Source: Promethearchaeota archaeon
Lineage (GTDB): Archaea; Asgardarchaeota; Lokiarchaeia; Sigyniarchaeales; SOKP01
NCBI GenBank assembly: GCA_016839705.1
Contig: JAEOTR010000034.1
Location: 1-23,079, forward strand
Length of the DNA: 23,079 nt
Direction of reading: 5' to 3'
The translations under genes were made by a program, and so were the position numbers. The notes under the pieces were generated by a model, which was not told the origin of the DNA, searched no databases, and saw only the letters and a list, made by a program, of their open reading frames with translations. The number at the start of each line of letters is the position of its first letter. The stretch's first letter is position 1. Of the stretch, positions 1 to 9,473 are shown one piece after another.

Positions 1-143
1 AAGATTCTACTCCAACTGTCCCAACCAGGATTAGCCCAAATTGTATCGAACAGTAAATCGATAATTGAACCCATTGTATAAATCACTGCTATCCCAAGCC
101 CAAGAATTATAACAAGGGCCCCAACAACTTTATCCTTAGCCAT
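1..143 (-). CDS. Partial small membrane protein (N-terminus only, runs off the window edge)
   Basis: ATG at 143 on the minus strand, open to base 1: MAKDKVVGALVIILGLGIAVIYTMGSIIDLLFDTIWANPGWDSWSRI..., with an N-terminal hydrophobic helix. Confidence 0.7.
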   Translation of the reverse strand, partial: MAKDKVVGALVIILGLGIAVIYTMGSIIDLLFDTIWANPGWDSWSRI

Positions 144-249
144 ATTAACAACCTTTTAAAACTGTTTACTTATTGTGTTGATGATTTTAGTTTTAAGATT
201 TGTATCTTGCTTAATATTATTTTTAAAATATGATTTAATTAAAACCATT

Positions 250-270
250 CGATCAAGTACTATTTGATCG
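250..270. promoter_or_regulatory. Inverted repeat, candidate operator between divergent genes
   Basis: CGATCAAGTA-C-TATTTGATCG, 10-bp arms with one mismatch, in an AT-rich divergent intergenic region. Confidence 0.4.
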
Positions 271-354
271 TAAATAAAATATGTGGATCATCCACATATA
301 AACCATAATGAAATATTAAAATTCATAATTGAATCCTCATTTTGTGTTGAATTT

Positions 355-1317
355 ATGAATAAAAATCCTGCTTATGTGTTAATCATTGGTTCTAGTAATA
401 TGGATCTAAATATCTATTCGAAACGGTTTCCAGATCTCGGTGAAACTATTACTGGGGGGACATTTAAACAATTTTTAGGAGGAAAAGGCGCCAATCAATC
501 TGTTGCAGCAGTAAGAACAGGAGCAAACACGGTATTTATTGGTAAAATTGGAGTTGATCCTTTTGGTGATCAGATGATTTCTAGTTTAACTAAAGAAGGT
601 ATCAATACTGATTATATAATTAGAGATCCTGATGAACATAGTGGTGTTGCCTTCATTCTAATCAATCAAAACGGAGATAATAAGATAAGTGTAGCTCCTG
701 GGGCAAATTTTAAATTAACTGCAGAAGAAATAAAGTCAAATGCAAATGTTATCAAAAATTCGTATTGTGTAGTTGTCCAGATGGAGATTCCTATGGTTTC
801 AATAAAAGAAATATTTGATATAGCTTCAGAGGGAGATGTTATTAAAATTCTCAACCCGGCTCCCTTGAAACCAATTCTTCTTGAAATTCTTGAAAAAATA
901 GATATCATTATCCCGAATGAAGGAGAACTCTACCGCCTGTATTCCTTTTTAACAAATAAGGAGATTTCAGAAGAAGGGACACAAAAAATTGTAAAAGCAT
1001 CAAAAGCCTTAACGAATTTGGGAATAAAATATGTAATAACTACTTTGGGTAGTCGGGGAAGTATAATCTATTTAGGACCTGAAGACAGGATTATTGAAGT
1101 ACCTACACCAAAAGTAAATGCAGTGGATACAGTTGGAGCCGGGGATTGCTTTATTGGGGTGTTAGCTAGTTTCTTAAGTAAAGGTGAGAAAATAACAAAA
1201 GCAGTAAAAATTGCTACGATAGCTGCTTCAATAGCCGTAACCAGAAAGGGTGCACAAGATTCAATGCCATATTTAAATGAAATCGAAGAGAAAATGAAAG
1301 AATTAAATATAGTATAA
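355..1317 (+). CDS. rbsK: Ribokinase (PfkB family)
   Basis: GSSNMD, GGKGANQSVA, NPAP, PNEGE and DTVGAGDCF PfkB/ribokinase motifs; ATG 355 preferred over GTG 283 because the fold starts at VLIIGS. Confidence 0.9.
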   Translation: MNKNPAYVLIIGSSNMDLNIYSKRFPDLGETITGGTFKQFLGGKGANQSVAAVRTGANTVFIGKIGVDPFGDQMISSLTKEGINTDYIIRDPDEHSGVAFILINQNGDNKISVAPGANFKLTAEEIKSNANVIKNSYCVVVQMEIPMVSIKEIFDIASEGDVIKILNPAPLKPILLEILEKIDIIIPNEGELYRLYSFLTNKEISEEGTQKIVKASKALTNLGIKYVITTLGSRGSIIYLGPEDRIIEVPTPKVNAVDTVGAGDCFIGVLASFLSKGEKITKAVKIATIAASIAVTRKGAQDSMPYLNEIEEKMKELNIV

Positions 1318-1337
1318 AAATAAAGGGAGATGCTGAT

Positions 1338-2012
1338 TTGATAAAAGAGATTGTTTCTTCTGAAAGAAGTACATTATTAAGGAAAAACGATGCAGAGGAA
1401 TTATCGATATCAATGAATATTAATAGATCCCAAAAAATCTTCATTATCAATGGAAACTCGCTTATAACTGAAGAATTCTCTAACCTAGATTTACTAATTA
1501 AACCAGAAAATTACTATATGGTTATTAATAAAGGAAATAGCTCAATTGAAATACAATATGATAAAGATATTTCTCGACATGAGATAATTTATGATCCCTA
1601 TAAATTTGAAAATTTAGAAAAAACCAATCTTACCCCAGAATTATTTATAGAAAGATATAATGCCCCTAAAAACTACATTGACACCCTACCAAAATGGTAT
1701 AGCTTTAAATTTACTTATCCTGATTATAATTTGATTTTCATACGCCCAGAATTCGGAATATCAATCCAAATTCATGAGAATAGGGATGAATTTTGGGAAA
1801 TTTTAGAAGGAACTCCTATTATTATAAATGGGAATAAAGTTCACTATTTCGTAAAAAATGGCACAAAATTCATAAATAAAATAAATACTTACCATTCTGC
1901 AATCAACCCTAATAAAGAACCAGATAAGTTCATCATCATTAAAGAACGATGGGATGGTAAATTTGATGAAAATGATATAACGCGTATTTTTAATCCAAAC
2001 CAATATTATTAA
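1338..2012 (+). CDS. Protein with C-terminal cupin resembling the ManC/type II phosphomannose isomerase domain
   Basis: ISIQIHENRDEFW, YHSAIN and DENDITRI resemble the LSLQxHxxRxEHW, HRLxN and EDDIVR motifs; TTG start after GGGAG. Confidence 0.65.
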   Translation: MIKEIVSSERSTLLRKNDAEELSISMNINRSQKIFIINGNSLITEEFSNLDLLIKPENYYMVINKGNSSIEIQYDKDISRHEIIYDPYKFENLEKTNLTPELFIERYNAPKNYIDTLPKWYSFKFTYPDYNLIFIRPEFGISIQIHENRDEFWEILEGTPIIINGNKVHYFVKNGTKFINKINTYHSAINPNKEPDKFIIIKERWDGKFDENDITRIFNPNQYY

Positions 2013-2231
2013 TATAATTTATGGTTTGAAGAAACTCAGTAAGAGACTTGCTCTAATTTGAGAATTTAGGATTCTATGGACAATTACATCTAAGACTTAT
2101 AAGTTTTATGATTTTCACCTACTTAACCTAAAAGTTAAAATTTAAGGCAACACTAAAATGCTTACCGTATGAACTTATATCAGAAAAAATTACCTGAATA
2201 ATAATAAAGAATTAAGCAGATTGGTAAAAAA

Positions 2232-2807
2232 ATGGCTCCGGATGAACAATTAAATGAAGGTAATCCCGAGGAAGTAGAAGAAAAGTCTACTGATGATTCA
2301 GAAAAAGAATTAGATTCAGAAAAGTCGGAAAAAATAGATATTAAACTGGATCCAGAAGAAGGTTCTGACACAGAAAAAGACTTAGATACAGAAAAAGAAC
2401 TAGATAGACTAAGATTTCATTACAGAGGATATACACTTGAGGAACTCAAGAAAATGAACATGGATCAATTTATACAGTTATTACCAGCAAGAGCGAGAAG
2501 ATCCTTAAAGCGAGGATTGCCACCGAGACAGAAAAAATTACTTGAAAGATTAAGAAGAGCTTTCCGTGCTAAAAAACGTGGAAAGGATCTCTTAACACGA
2601 ACACATGTACGTGATATGGTCTGTTTCCCAGAAATGGTAGGGTTAAAAATTGGGGTTTACAATGGAAAAGACTTTGAGGTAGTCGATATTAAACCCGAAA
2701 TGATTGGTCATTATCTCGGGGAGTTTTCACTTACAAGAAGAAGGGTCTCACATGGTTCACCAGGAATAGGAGCCACCAGAAGTTCAAAATATGTTCCATT
2801 AAAGTAA
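2232..2807 (+). CDS. rpsS: 30S ribosomal protein uS19 with acidic N-terminal extension
   Basis: [42 protein letters not shown]. Confidence 0.97.
   Translation: MAPDEQLNEGNPEEVEEKSTDDSEKELDSEKSEKIDIKLDPEEGSDTEKDLDTEKELDRLRFHYRGYTLEELKKMNMDQFIQLLPARARRSLKRGLPPRQKKLLERLRRAFRAKKRGKDLLTRTHVRDMVCFPEMVGLKIGVYNGKDFEVVDIKPEMIGHYLGEFSLTRRRVSHGSPGIGATRSSKYVPLK
2295..2405 (+). repeat. 18-bp coding repeats ([18 protein letters not shown]) in the uS19 extension
   Basis: GATTCAGAAAAAGAATTA at 2295, partial copy at 2313, GACACAGAAAAAGACTTA at 2367, GATACAGAAAAAGAACTA at 2385. Confidence 0.7.
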
Positions 2808-2835
2808 TATAAACTAAAAATTGAGATGATTAATT

Positions 2836-3315
2836 GTGCCTAATTGGGGTTATTCATTCATAGAACAGAAGTATAATGTAGAAAGACTAGCAAAAGCATC
2901 AGGGAGAGATTTAAGAATTAAACCCAAACATGCAAGAGAAATATGTGCCGTATTAAAAGGGATGCGTGTTGAGCAAGCAAAAGAATTTCTTGAAAAAGTA
3001 ATTCAACTAAAACAATCTGTACCTTTTAGAAGACATAAAAGAAAACTTGCACATCGGAAAGATTTGAAACAATTCAAGTGGTATGCAGGAAGATTCCCTC
3101 AAAAAGCAGCAGCAAGAATTTATGAAATTCTCTCTGCGGCAGAATCTAATGGAGAGTATAAAGGTTTAGACATTGAAATGTGCCGTATTATTCATTCAGC
3201 CTCTCATAGGGGAAGAATTATAAAAAGGTATATTGAACGTGCACGAGGTAGATCAACAGCAAAATATAGAACTCTCACCCATGTTGAGATTGTTATTTAT
3301 GAATTCCCAAGTTAA
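2836..3315 (+). CDS. rplV: 50S ribosomal protein uL22
   Basis: KHAREIC, VPFRRH, GRFPQKAA, RARGR, THVEIV; GTG start. Confidence 0.97.
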   Translation: MPNWGYSFIEQKYNVERLAKASGRDLRIKPKHAREICAVLKGMRVEQAKEFLEKVIQLKQSVPFRRHKRKLAHRKDLKQFKWYAGRFPQKAAARIYEILSAAESNGEYKGLDIEMCRIIHSASHRGRIIKRYIERARGRSTAKYRTLTHVEIVIYEFPS

Positions 3316-3364
3316 GCTAATTAATGATAAAATAGAAGATAAAAATAAAAATTATTGAAAGATT

Positions 3365-4153
3365 ATGTCCCCTCTAGTGAAAAATTTCATTGAACAAGGT
3401 ATTAAGCTAATGCAAATTAATGAGTATTTGCGATCAGAATTAGTAAGAGCAGGATTTGCAGGTGTAGATGTTCAAAAAACACCTTTAGGTGTTCGGATAA
3501 CCTTAAAAACCAGCAGGCCAGGGCTCGTAATTGGAAAAGGTGGAAAGCGAATTCAAGAGATAACGGACGTTTTGCATGAACGGTTTGACCTTGAAATGCC
3601 TCAAATTGAAGTAGAAGAAGTTTCTAACCCTGATCTTAACGCACAGATCATGGCTGAAAGATTAGCCTATTCTCTTGACCGGGGACGCCATTATCGTCGA
3701 GCAGGTTATTACATACTTAGAAAAATCATGGATTCTGGAGGTGCTTTAGGTGCGGAGATTAGAGTTAGTGGAAAAGTCACGAGCCAGCGCGCTAGATGTC
3801 AGATTTTCAGAGCGGGAACAATGACAAAAAGCGGTTTTGTTTCGCAGGAAGGTATTGATAAAGGTGTAGCACAATGTATTCAAAAATCAGGAACACTGGG
3901 GGTAGTAGTGAAAATTCAACATATAGATACTAAGATTGGTGATGAGATAATTATTAAAGGAGATCTATTAGCTAAAGCTCAAGCAGAAGCAGAGGCAAAG
4001 CTAGCAAAGACTAAAGCCGAATATGCTATCGAGGAAGAAGAAGCAATGTTAAGTGAAGAGGATAAGCAAATTATTGATGAAGTTGATGAGGAGGCTATAT
4101 CTGAGATTTCTTTATCCCCACAGGAAGAAAATGGGGAAGAAGGAGAAAATTAA
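3365..4153 (+). CDS. rpsC: 30S ribosomal protein uS3 with acidic C-tail
   Basis: KH domain RPGLVIGKGGKRI, LNAQIMAERLA, GAEIRVSGK. Confidence 0.97.
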   Translation: MSPLVKNFIEQGIKLMQINEYLRSELVRAGFAGVDVQKTPLGVRITLKTSRPGLVIGKGGKRIQEITDVLHERFDLEMPQIEVEEVSNPDLNAQIMAERLAYSLDRGRHYRRAGYYILRKIMDSGGALGAEIRVSGKVTSQRARCQIFRAGTMTKSGFVSQEGIDKGVAQCIQKSGTLGVVVKIQHIDTKIGDEIIIKGDLLAKAQAEAEAKLAKTKAEYAIEEEEAMLSEEDKQIIDEVDEEAISEISLSPQEENGEEGEN

Positions 4154-4178
4154 CACTATAAATGAGAAGTGATAAATT

Positions 4179-4379
4179 ATGGGAGATATCCTTACCGCAA
4201 AACAAATACGAGAAATGGATGATAGGGAAAAAGAAAGAGCATTATTGAATTTACGCGAGGAAGTAATGATGCTTTATTCAAACCAAACAGGTGGAGGTCT
4301 TTCTGACAATCCTAGTCAAGCTAAAATTCTAAGAAAACAAATTGCTAGAATATTAACAGTAATGAAAGAGGAAGAATAA
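4179..4379 (+). CDS. rpmC: 50S ribosomal protein uL29
   Basis: AKQIREM...NP...LRKQIARILTV; operon position. Confidence 0.93.
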   Translation: MGDILTAKQIREMDDREKERALLNLREEVMMLYSNQTGGGLSDNPSQAKILRKQIARILTVMKEEE

Positions 4380-4693
4380 TGATGAATCCTAAATATCTAA
4401 TTTATCATGATTTAATAGGTATTCAAGCTTATGCAAAACTTAAATCAAAAAAAACTAGGAGTAAATTCTTGTATATAGGCATTATCATTGATGAGACAAG
4501 GGATATGATAATTACAGAAAAAAATTATGAAGTTAAAAGATATATTAAAAAAGATTATATATTTAGATTTAAGATTACAGATTTCAAGAACAATGAAGAA
4601 GAATTTTGCTTAGAAGTTCAAGGGAGTAAGATTGTTGGACTTCCTGTAAATAGATTAAGAAGTTTAAAAAAAAAGAGATGGTTTAAAAGATGA
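4379..4693 (+). CDS. rnp1: RNase P protein subunit Rpp29 (Rnp1/POP4)
   Basis: HDLIGI, GIIIDETRDM, FRF, VQGSKIVGLPVNRL; conserved archaeal position between uL29 and uS17. Confidence 0.85.
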   Translation: MMNPKYLIYHDLIGIQAYAKLKSKKTRSKFLYIGIIIDETRDMIITEKNYEVKRYIKKDYIFRFKITDFKNNEEEFCLEVQGSKIVGLPVNRLRSLKKKRWFKR

Positions 4694-5043
4694 GTAGAAA
4701 TATAGGAATCCCAGGTGTCATCCCACCTAAAATCAAAGCTGAAGAATGTCAAGATCAGTCTTGTCCCTTTCATGGTAACACAAGAATTAGAGGAAAAATT
4801 ACTCAAGGTATTATTGTAAGCAAGAAGTCTAAAAATACCATTATAATTAGACGAGATTATGTTCAATTTGTTAAAAAATATCAAAGATATGAGCGTCGTA
4901 ATACTCGACTTGCATGTCATTTACCAGAATGTTTGATTCATGAAGTTGACATCGGTGATCTTGTAAAGGTCGGAGAATCACGTAAAATCTCGAAAACTAA
5001 GGCATTTATAATATTAGGTAAACTATCAATTGGAGGGGATTAA
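4690..5043 (+). CDS. rpsQ: 30S ribosomal protein uS17
   Basis: CQDQSCPFHG, KKYQRYERR, GESRKISKTK. Confidence 0.97.
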   Translation: MSRNIGIPGVIPPKIKAEECQDQSCPFHGNTRIRGKITQGIIVSKKSKNTIIIRRDYVQFVKKYQRYERRNTRLACHLPECLIHEVDIGDLVKVGESRKISKTKAFIILGKLSIGGD

Positions 5044-5469
5044 ATGGGTACAAGGCGTAAGATGGGTAGAAAGGGAGTCATAAGACATCGAACGAGTTAT
5101 GGGCTATGTAACGGTTCAAGAATACTAATTGCCGATAATTCTGGTGCAAAAATTGCTCAGATTATTAATGTTGATCATTTTAAAACAAGACTACGGAGGT
5201 TGCCTAAAGCCACTGTAGGTTCAATCTGTACAGTGACAATCAAAAAAGGAAAACCCGAAATGCGAGGAAATATTATGAAAGCAGTAATAGTTAGACAGAA
5301 AATGATTTTTCGACGATTGGATGGTACTCGTTTAAGTTTTGAGGATAATGCGGGGGTTTTAGTCACGAGAGAAGGTGACCCCCGTGGAACTGAAGTGAGA
5401 GGTCCCATCGCTCGAGAAGCTGCTGAATTGTTTCCCAGATTAGCATCAATATCGTCATTAATTATTTAA
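5044..5469 (+). CDS. rplN: 50S ribosomal protein uL14
   Basis: ADNSGAK, KKGKPEMR, FEDNAGV, GPIAREAAE. Confidence 0.97.
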   Translation: MGTRRKMGRKGVIRHRTSYGLCNGSRILIADNSGAKIAQIINVDHFKTRLRRLPKATVGSICTVTIKKGKPEMRGNIMKAVIVRQKMIFRRLDGTRLSFEDNAGVLVTREGDPRGTEVRGPIAREAAELFPRLASISSLII

Positions 5470-5492
5470 TAGGAAAAAGAGAGGAGTCAATA

Positions 5493-5921
5493 ATGAAAGT
5501 AAAATCAAAACAACCGAGAAAGCAACGCAAGGCCTTGTTTAACTACAAAAACCATCAAAGGTCAAAACTGTTTAGTACAAGAGTAGCAGACTTTCTTCGG
5601 GATGAGTACGGTATAAAAAAAATTCCTATTAGAGTAGGTGACAGCGTCAGAATCACACGCGGGGAGTATCGAGACTTCGAAGGAGAAGTTTTAGAGGTTA
5701 CCAAAGATTTGAGATGTAAAATAAAAGAAGCTAAATTCGAGAAAACAGATGGAACGGATTATCATCCTGCTATACATATCTCTAATTTAGTTATTACAAA
5801 GTTTACAAAAGAGAAAAAGATGGATCCATGGCGGGCGAAAGTTATCGAGAGAAAAGCTTTATATGGATTTTATGATGAAGAAATCGCTAGCTCAAAAAAA
5901 GGAAAAGAGGAGGAAAAATAA
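5493..5921 (+). CDS. rplX: 50S ribosomal protein uL24
   Basis: SKQPRKQRK, KOW motif IRVGDSVRITRG, IHISNLVI. Confidence 0.95.
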   Translation: MKVKSKQPRKQRKALFNYKNHQRSKLFSTRVADFLRDEYGIKKIPIRVGDSVRITRGEYRDFEGEVLEVTKDLRCKIKEAKFEKTDGTDYHPAIHISNLVITKFTKEKKMDPWRAKVIERKALYGFYDEEIASSKKGKEEEK

Positions 5922-5924
5922 ATA

Positions 5925-6680
5925 ATGACTAGACATGGTGGTCAAAAAACGCAAAAAAGACTTAACACTCCTGCGTTTTTACAAATTAAAAGGAAACATG
6001 GAAAATTTTTCATTAAACCCTCTGCGGGACCTCACCCTAAAAGGTTTTGTTTACCCCTCCTCCATATTGTAAGAGACCTTCTTAATATTGTGGATAACTA
6101 TAGAGAAGCTAAAAAACTAATTGGATTAGGACATATAAAGGTAGATGGAAAAGTCGTTAAAGATAAAGGATATCCAGTAGGATTGATGGATGTACTGTCA
6201 ATAGAAAAAATGAATAAATTTTATAGAGTTTTACCAGATTCTCATCACGGGTTAATCTTACATGAAATTTCTGAAGAAGAAAGTTCTTTTAAATTGTGTA
6301 GGATTAATAACAAAACTAGTGTAAAAGGTGGGAATCTTCAGTTAAATCTACATGATGGGAGAAATATCTTGGTCTTGGTGAATGACCCAAGAAACCCGAA
6401 GGAAGATATTTACAAACACATGGATGTATTGAAAGTTTCAATCCCAGAACAGGAAATTTTAAAAGTGCTAAATTTTGAGGAGAATAAATTAGCAATTATT
6501 ATATCTGGGAAAAATATTGGTCAAGTTGGAAAGATAATAACAATATTAAAAAGATTTGGGCCTAAAGCAAGTACTGTCTCTATTCAGCATAATGGAGATC
6601 ATACAGAAACATTGTATGATTATACATTCATTATTGGAGAGGACCAATCAGAAATTGAACTACCAAAAATAGAATACTAA
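5925..6680 (+). CDS. rps4e: 30S ribosomal protein eS4
   Basis: PSAGPH, VDGKVVKDKGYPVGLMDV, QLNLHDGRN. Confidence 0.97.
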   Translation: MTRHGGQKTQKRLNTPAFLQIKRKHGKFFIKPSAGPHPKRFCLPLLHIVRDLLNIVDNYREAKKLIGLGHIKVDGKVVKDKGYPVGLMDVLSIEKMNKFYRVLPDSHHGLILHEISEEESSFKLCRINNKTSVKGGNLQLNLHDGRNILVLVNDPRNPKEDIYKHMDVLKVSIPEQEILKVLNFEENKLAIIISGKNIGQVGKIITILKRFGPKASTVSIQHNGDHTETLYDYTFIIGEDQSEIELPKIEY

Positions 6681-6699
6681 TAATCTTGGAGTGAAGATA

Positions 6700-7290
6700 A
6701 TGTCAGTCAAAACTAAGAAGGCTTCTAACGCTCAAGCGAAAGAATTTGATGAAAAATGGAATAATCCCATAAAAAAACCTTATTTAGAGAAAATCATTTT
6801 AAATATAGGGGTTGGTAGTGGCGGAGAAGAGTTAGAAAAGGCAGTGGGCGTATTGCAACAGATTACAGGTCAAGTTCCTCTTAAAACACTTTCGAAAGTA
6901 AATGTTAAAGAATTCAATCTCAGAAAGGGACGACCAATTGGCTGTAAGATTACAATTCGAGGTAAGAACGCGGAAAAGTTGTTAAAGAGGTTGTTGATTG
7001 TAAACAATAATAAAATCTTAAGAAAAAGTTTTGATAATTTTGGGAATTTCGCATTTGGTATAGATGAACATATTAAAATCCCTCAAACAGAATATGAGGC
7101 GGGTATTGGATTATGGGGATTAGATGTATGCGGAAGAATAATTAGGCCTGGAATGAGAGTTAAATATAAAAGAAAAGGTAGGTCAAAAATCCCACAACAC
7201 CATTATGTATCACGTATGGAAGCCCAATATTTTTTAAAACAAAATTTTGGAGTCGATATTGTCAAAAAATTAGATCTAGAATATATTTAA
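6700..7290 (+). CDS. rplE: 50S ribosomal protein uL5
   Basis: LEKIILNIGVG, PIGCKITIRG, FDNFGNFAFGIDEHI; ATG 6700 follows GGAGTG SD-like site. Confidence 0.96.
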   Translation: MSVKTKKASNAQAKEFDEKWNNPIKKPYLEKIILNIGVGSGGEELEKAVGVLQQITGQVPLKTLSKVNVKEFNLRKGRPIGCKITIRGKNAEKLLKRLLIVNNNKILRKSFDNFGNFAFGIDEHIKIPQTEYEAGIGLWGLDVCGRIIRPGMRVKYKRKGRSKIPQHHYVSRMEAQYFLKQNFGVDIVKKLDLEYI

Positions 7291-7309
7291 TGAATTTAGG
7301 TGAAGAAAT

Positions 7310-7459
7310 ATTCCACAAGGCAAGCGTTATGGAAAAGGACAGAGAGAATGTAGGCGTTGTCACACCCATCGAGGAATAATTAGAAGATATGGTTTGTACA
7401 TTTGTCGTAGGTGTTTTTATGAAATTGGCTCACAAATTGGGTTTAAAAGGTTTGAGTAA
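7310..7459 (+). CDS. rpsN: 30S ribosomal protein uS14 (zinc-binding type), apparent ATT start; absent from the ORF track
   Basis: (M)[48 protein letters not shown]; two CxxC pairs; lies between uL5 and uS8; AGGTGA at 7298-7303. Confidence 0.92.
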   Translation: MPQGKRYGKGQRECRRCHTHRGIIRRYGLYICRRCFYEIGSQIGFKRFE

Positions 7460-7495
7460 GAAAAATAGAAAAATGATAAAAGGATGTGAAAAAAT

Positions 7496-7879
7496 TTGGT
7501 GAATCCACTCTCAGATACCTGCTGCGCTCTTAAAAATGCAGAAAGAGCTCGTAAGAAGGAAGTTGTTATCACTCCAGCTTCCAAAATTATTCAACAAATT
7601 CTTCGAATATTTCAAAGGCAAGCCTATATTGGGGAATTTGAAAGATATGATGATGGACGTCAAGGAAAATTCAAAATTGCGTTATTAGGCAGAATTAATG
7701 AATGTGCTGGTTTAATGAGGTTGAATTATAAGGTTAACCAATTTGAATTGTTGGAAAGAAGATTATTACCTGCTCCAGGTTTAGGTCTAATTATCTTATC
7801 CACAAATGAAGGAATAATGACTATGAAAGAAGCAGAGGAAAAACACATTGGGGGACTTACATTGTGTTATATTTATTAA
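7496..7879 (+). CDS. rpsH: 30S ribosomal protein uS8
   Basis: LKNAE, YIGEFERYDDGRQGK, LLGRINEC, LSTNEGIM; TTG/GTG start. Confidence 0.97.
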   Translation: MVNPLSDTCCALKNAERARKKEVVITPASKIIQQILRIFQRQAYIGEFERYDDGRQGKFKIALLGRINECAGLMRLNYKVNQFELLERRLLPAPGLGLIILSTNEGIMTMKEAEEKHIGGLTLCYIY

Positions 7880-7902
7880 TCTCAGCATGAGGTAATAGAA
7901 AA

Positions 7903-8481
7903 ATGGTAAAAATAGCATTCTTTAAAGAGGAATTAGAGATTCCTGATGGTGTTAAAGTTACCTTAGAAGGTGACCATCATATTCGAGTTAAGGGACCAAA
8001 TGGGGATATCACAAAAGATTTTTCTCATGTAAGGGGAATAAAAGTCAGAGTCGAAAATAAAAAAGTTATTTTCTCAACTGACTTTCCGAAGAGCGCCACT
8101 TTAGCATTAATCAAGACTATTATGAGTATAATAAATAATTTGATTGTGGGTGTTCAGACGAACTACAAATATATTTCTAAGATTGCTTATTCTCATTTCC
8201 CATGTAGCGTTAGAATAGATAACAAAACGCAGAACATCTTCATAGAAAATTTCTTGGGAGAAAGAGCTCCAAGAATAGCAAAATATCCAGATAATGTTAA
8301 CGTGGAAGTAAAAGGAGACGACATTTATTTTATTGGACCAGATAAAGAAGCTCTTGGTCAAACAGCCTCAAATGTTAAAACAGCATGTCGAATAAGGAAA
8401 AAAGACCCGAGAGTATTCCAAGATGGTGTGTATTTATACAAAAAACAATTAGGGGAAGAGGTCATCTGGGAAATCAAATAA
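7903..8481 (+). CDS. rplF: 50S ribosomal protein uL6
   Basis: VKGPNG, YSHFP, NFLGER, KDPRVFQDGVY. Confidence 0.97.
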   Translation: MVKIAFFKEELEIPDGVKVTLEGDHHIRVKGPNGDITKDFSHVRGIKVRVENKKVIFSTDFPKSATLALIKTIMSIINNLIVGVQTNYKYISKIAYSHFPCSVRIDNKTQNIFIENFLGERAPRIAKYPDNVNVEVKGDDIYFIGPDKEALGQTASNVKTACRIRKKDPRVFQDGVYLYKKQLGEEVIWEIK

Positions 8482-8496
8482 GATGAGGATAATACT

Positions 8497-8997
8497 ATGG
8501 TGCAGGATAAACGATTGATGGAACTAAGAAAAAAGACTAATAAGAAACGACCTTCATTTAGAAGAGTTGAATCTTGGAGGTATAAAAGGGTAAAAGACTC
8601 GTGGAGGAAAGCGAGAGGAATTGATTCAAAAACACGGAAGAAAAAAAAACTAGGAGTTAAATCTCCTACAATTGGGTACAGAGGACCAAAAAAAGTAAGA
8701 AGATTGCATCCCTCTGGGTATAGTGAAGAAAAAGTTACGACAATTGATGATTTAAAAAATTTGAATAAAAATATACATGCCATAAAAATTTCTGGTAAAT
8801 TAGGGGTTAGAAAACGGATTGCCCTAACGGATTACTGCCAAAAGAGAGGTTTTAAAATATTAAACCTTGGAATTTCTCAACGAGAAATTGAAATGTTAGA
8901 GGAAATGGCGGAAGCACCTATAACAGATTTTGAAGGTGAAGAAATAATTGATATTGATGAATTAGAAGATTCTCTTGACATAGAGGATGAAGAATAG
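8497..8997 (+). CDS. rpl32e: 50S ribosomal protein eL32 with acidic C-tail
   Basis: KRPSFRRVE, WRKARGIDSK, IGYRGP, LHPSGY. Confidence 0.96.
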   Translation: MVQDKRLMELRKKTNKKRPSFRRVESWRYKRVKDSWRKARGIDSKTRKKKKLGVKSPTIGYRGPKKVRRLHPSGYSEEKVTTIDDLKNLNKNIHAIKISGKLGVRKRIALTDYCQKRGFKILNLGISQREIEMLEEMAEAPITDFEGEEIIDIDELEDSLDIEDEE

Positions 8998-9014
8998 TTT
9001 AGAGGAATAAAAAA

Positions 9015-9470
9015 ATGAATTTAAAACCCCAGAGAAGGATGGCTGCTGAGGTTCTCAAGTGTGGTGAGAATCGAGTATATTTTGATCCCTATTTAATTGA
9101 AGATATCTCTCTAGCCATAACGCGCGAGGATATCCGAAATTTAATAAAACAAGGTGTAATTCAGAAAAAATATAAGAAGGGGATCTCAAAACATAGAAAA
9201 AATATTCTTCATGAAAGAAAGAAAAAAGGAAGGGCAAGAGGCTTAGGAAAAAGAAAAGGGAAAAAATATGCAAGAACTCCTAAAAAAAGAGCATGGATTA
9301 AACGAATTCGTCCACAAAGAAGAGAACTTAAAAAATTACGTGATAGAAAGTTGATCACAGCAGCTAATTATCGAAAACTTTATAGGAATGCTAAAGGTGG
9401 AATGTTCGCTAGTGTTGCTCAAATGAATCGTTATATTAAAGAAAAAGAATTAATCAGAAGGGGAAGATAG
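9015..9470 (+). CDS. rpl19e: 50S ribosomal protein eL19
   Basis: QRRMAAEVLKCG, ITREDIR, GKRKG, YRKLYRNAKGG. Confidence 0.97.
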   Translation: MNLKPQRRMAAEVLKCGENRVYFDPYLIEDISLAITREDIRNLIKQGVIQKKYKKGISKHRKNILHERKKKGRARGLGKRKGKKYARTPKKRAWIKRIRPQRRELKKLRDRKLITAANYRKLYRNAKGGMFASVAQMNRYIKEKELIRRGR

Positions 9471-9473
9471 GAT

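Noticed and set aside
4691-4693. TGA stops of rnp1 (and of the ECF gene at 11948-11950) as Sec readthrough sites
   Set aside because: Both proteins are complete at the TGA. The rnp1 stop is a standard ATGA overlap with uS17, and both are followed by another in-frame stop within a few codons.
7298-7303. In-frame TGA upstream of uS14 read as selenocysteine
   Set aside because: There is no start codon between it and the upstream in-frame TAG (7277-7279); the TGA is part of the SD-like AGGTGA.
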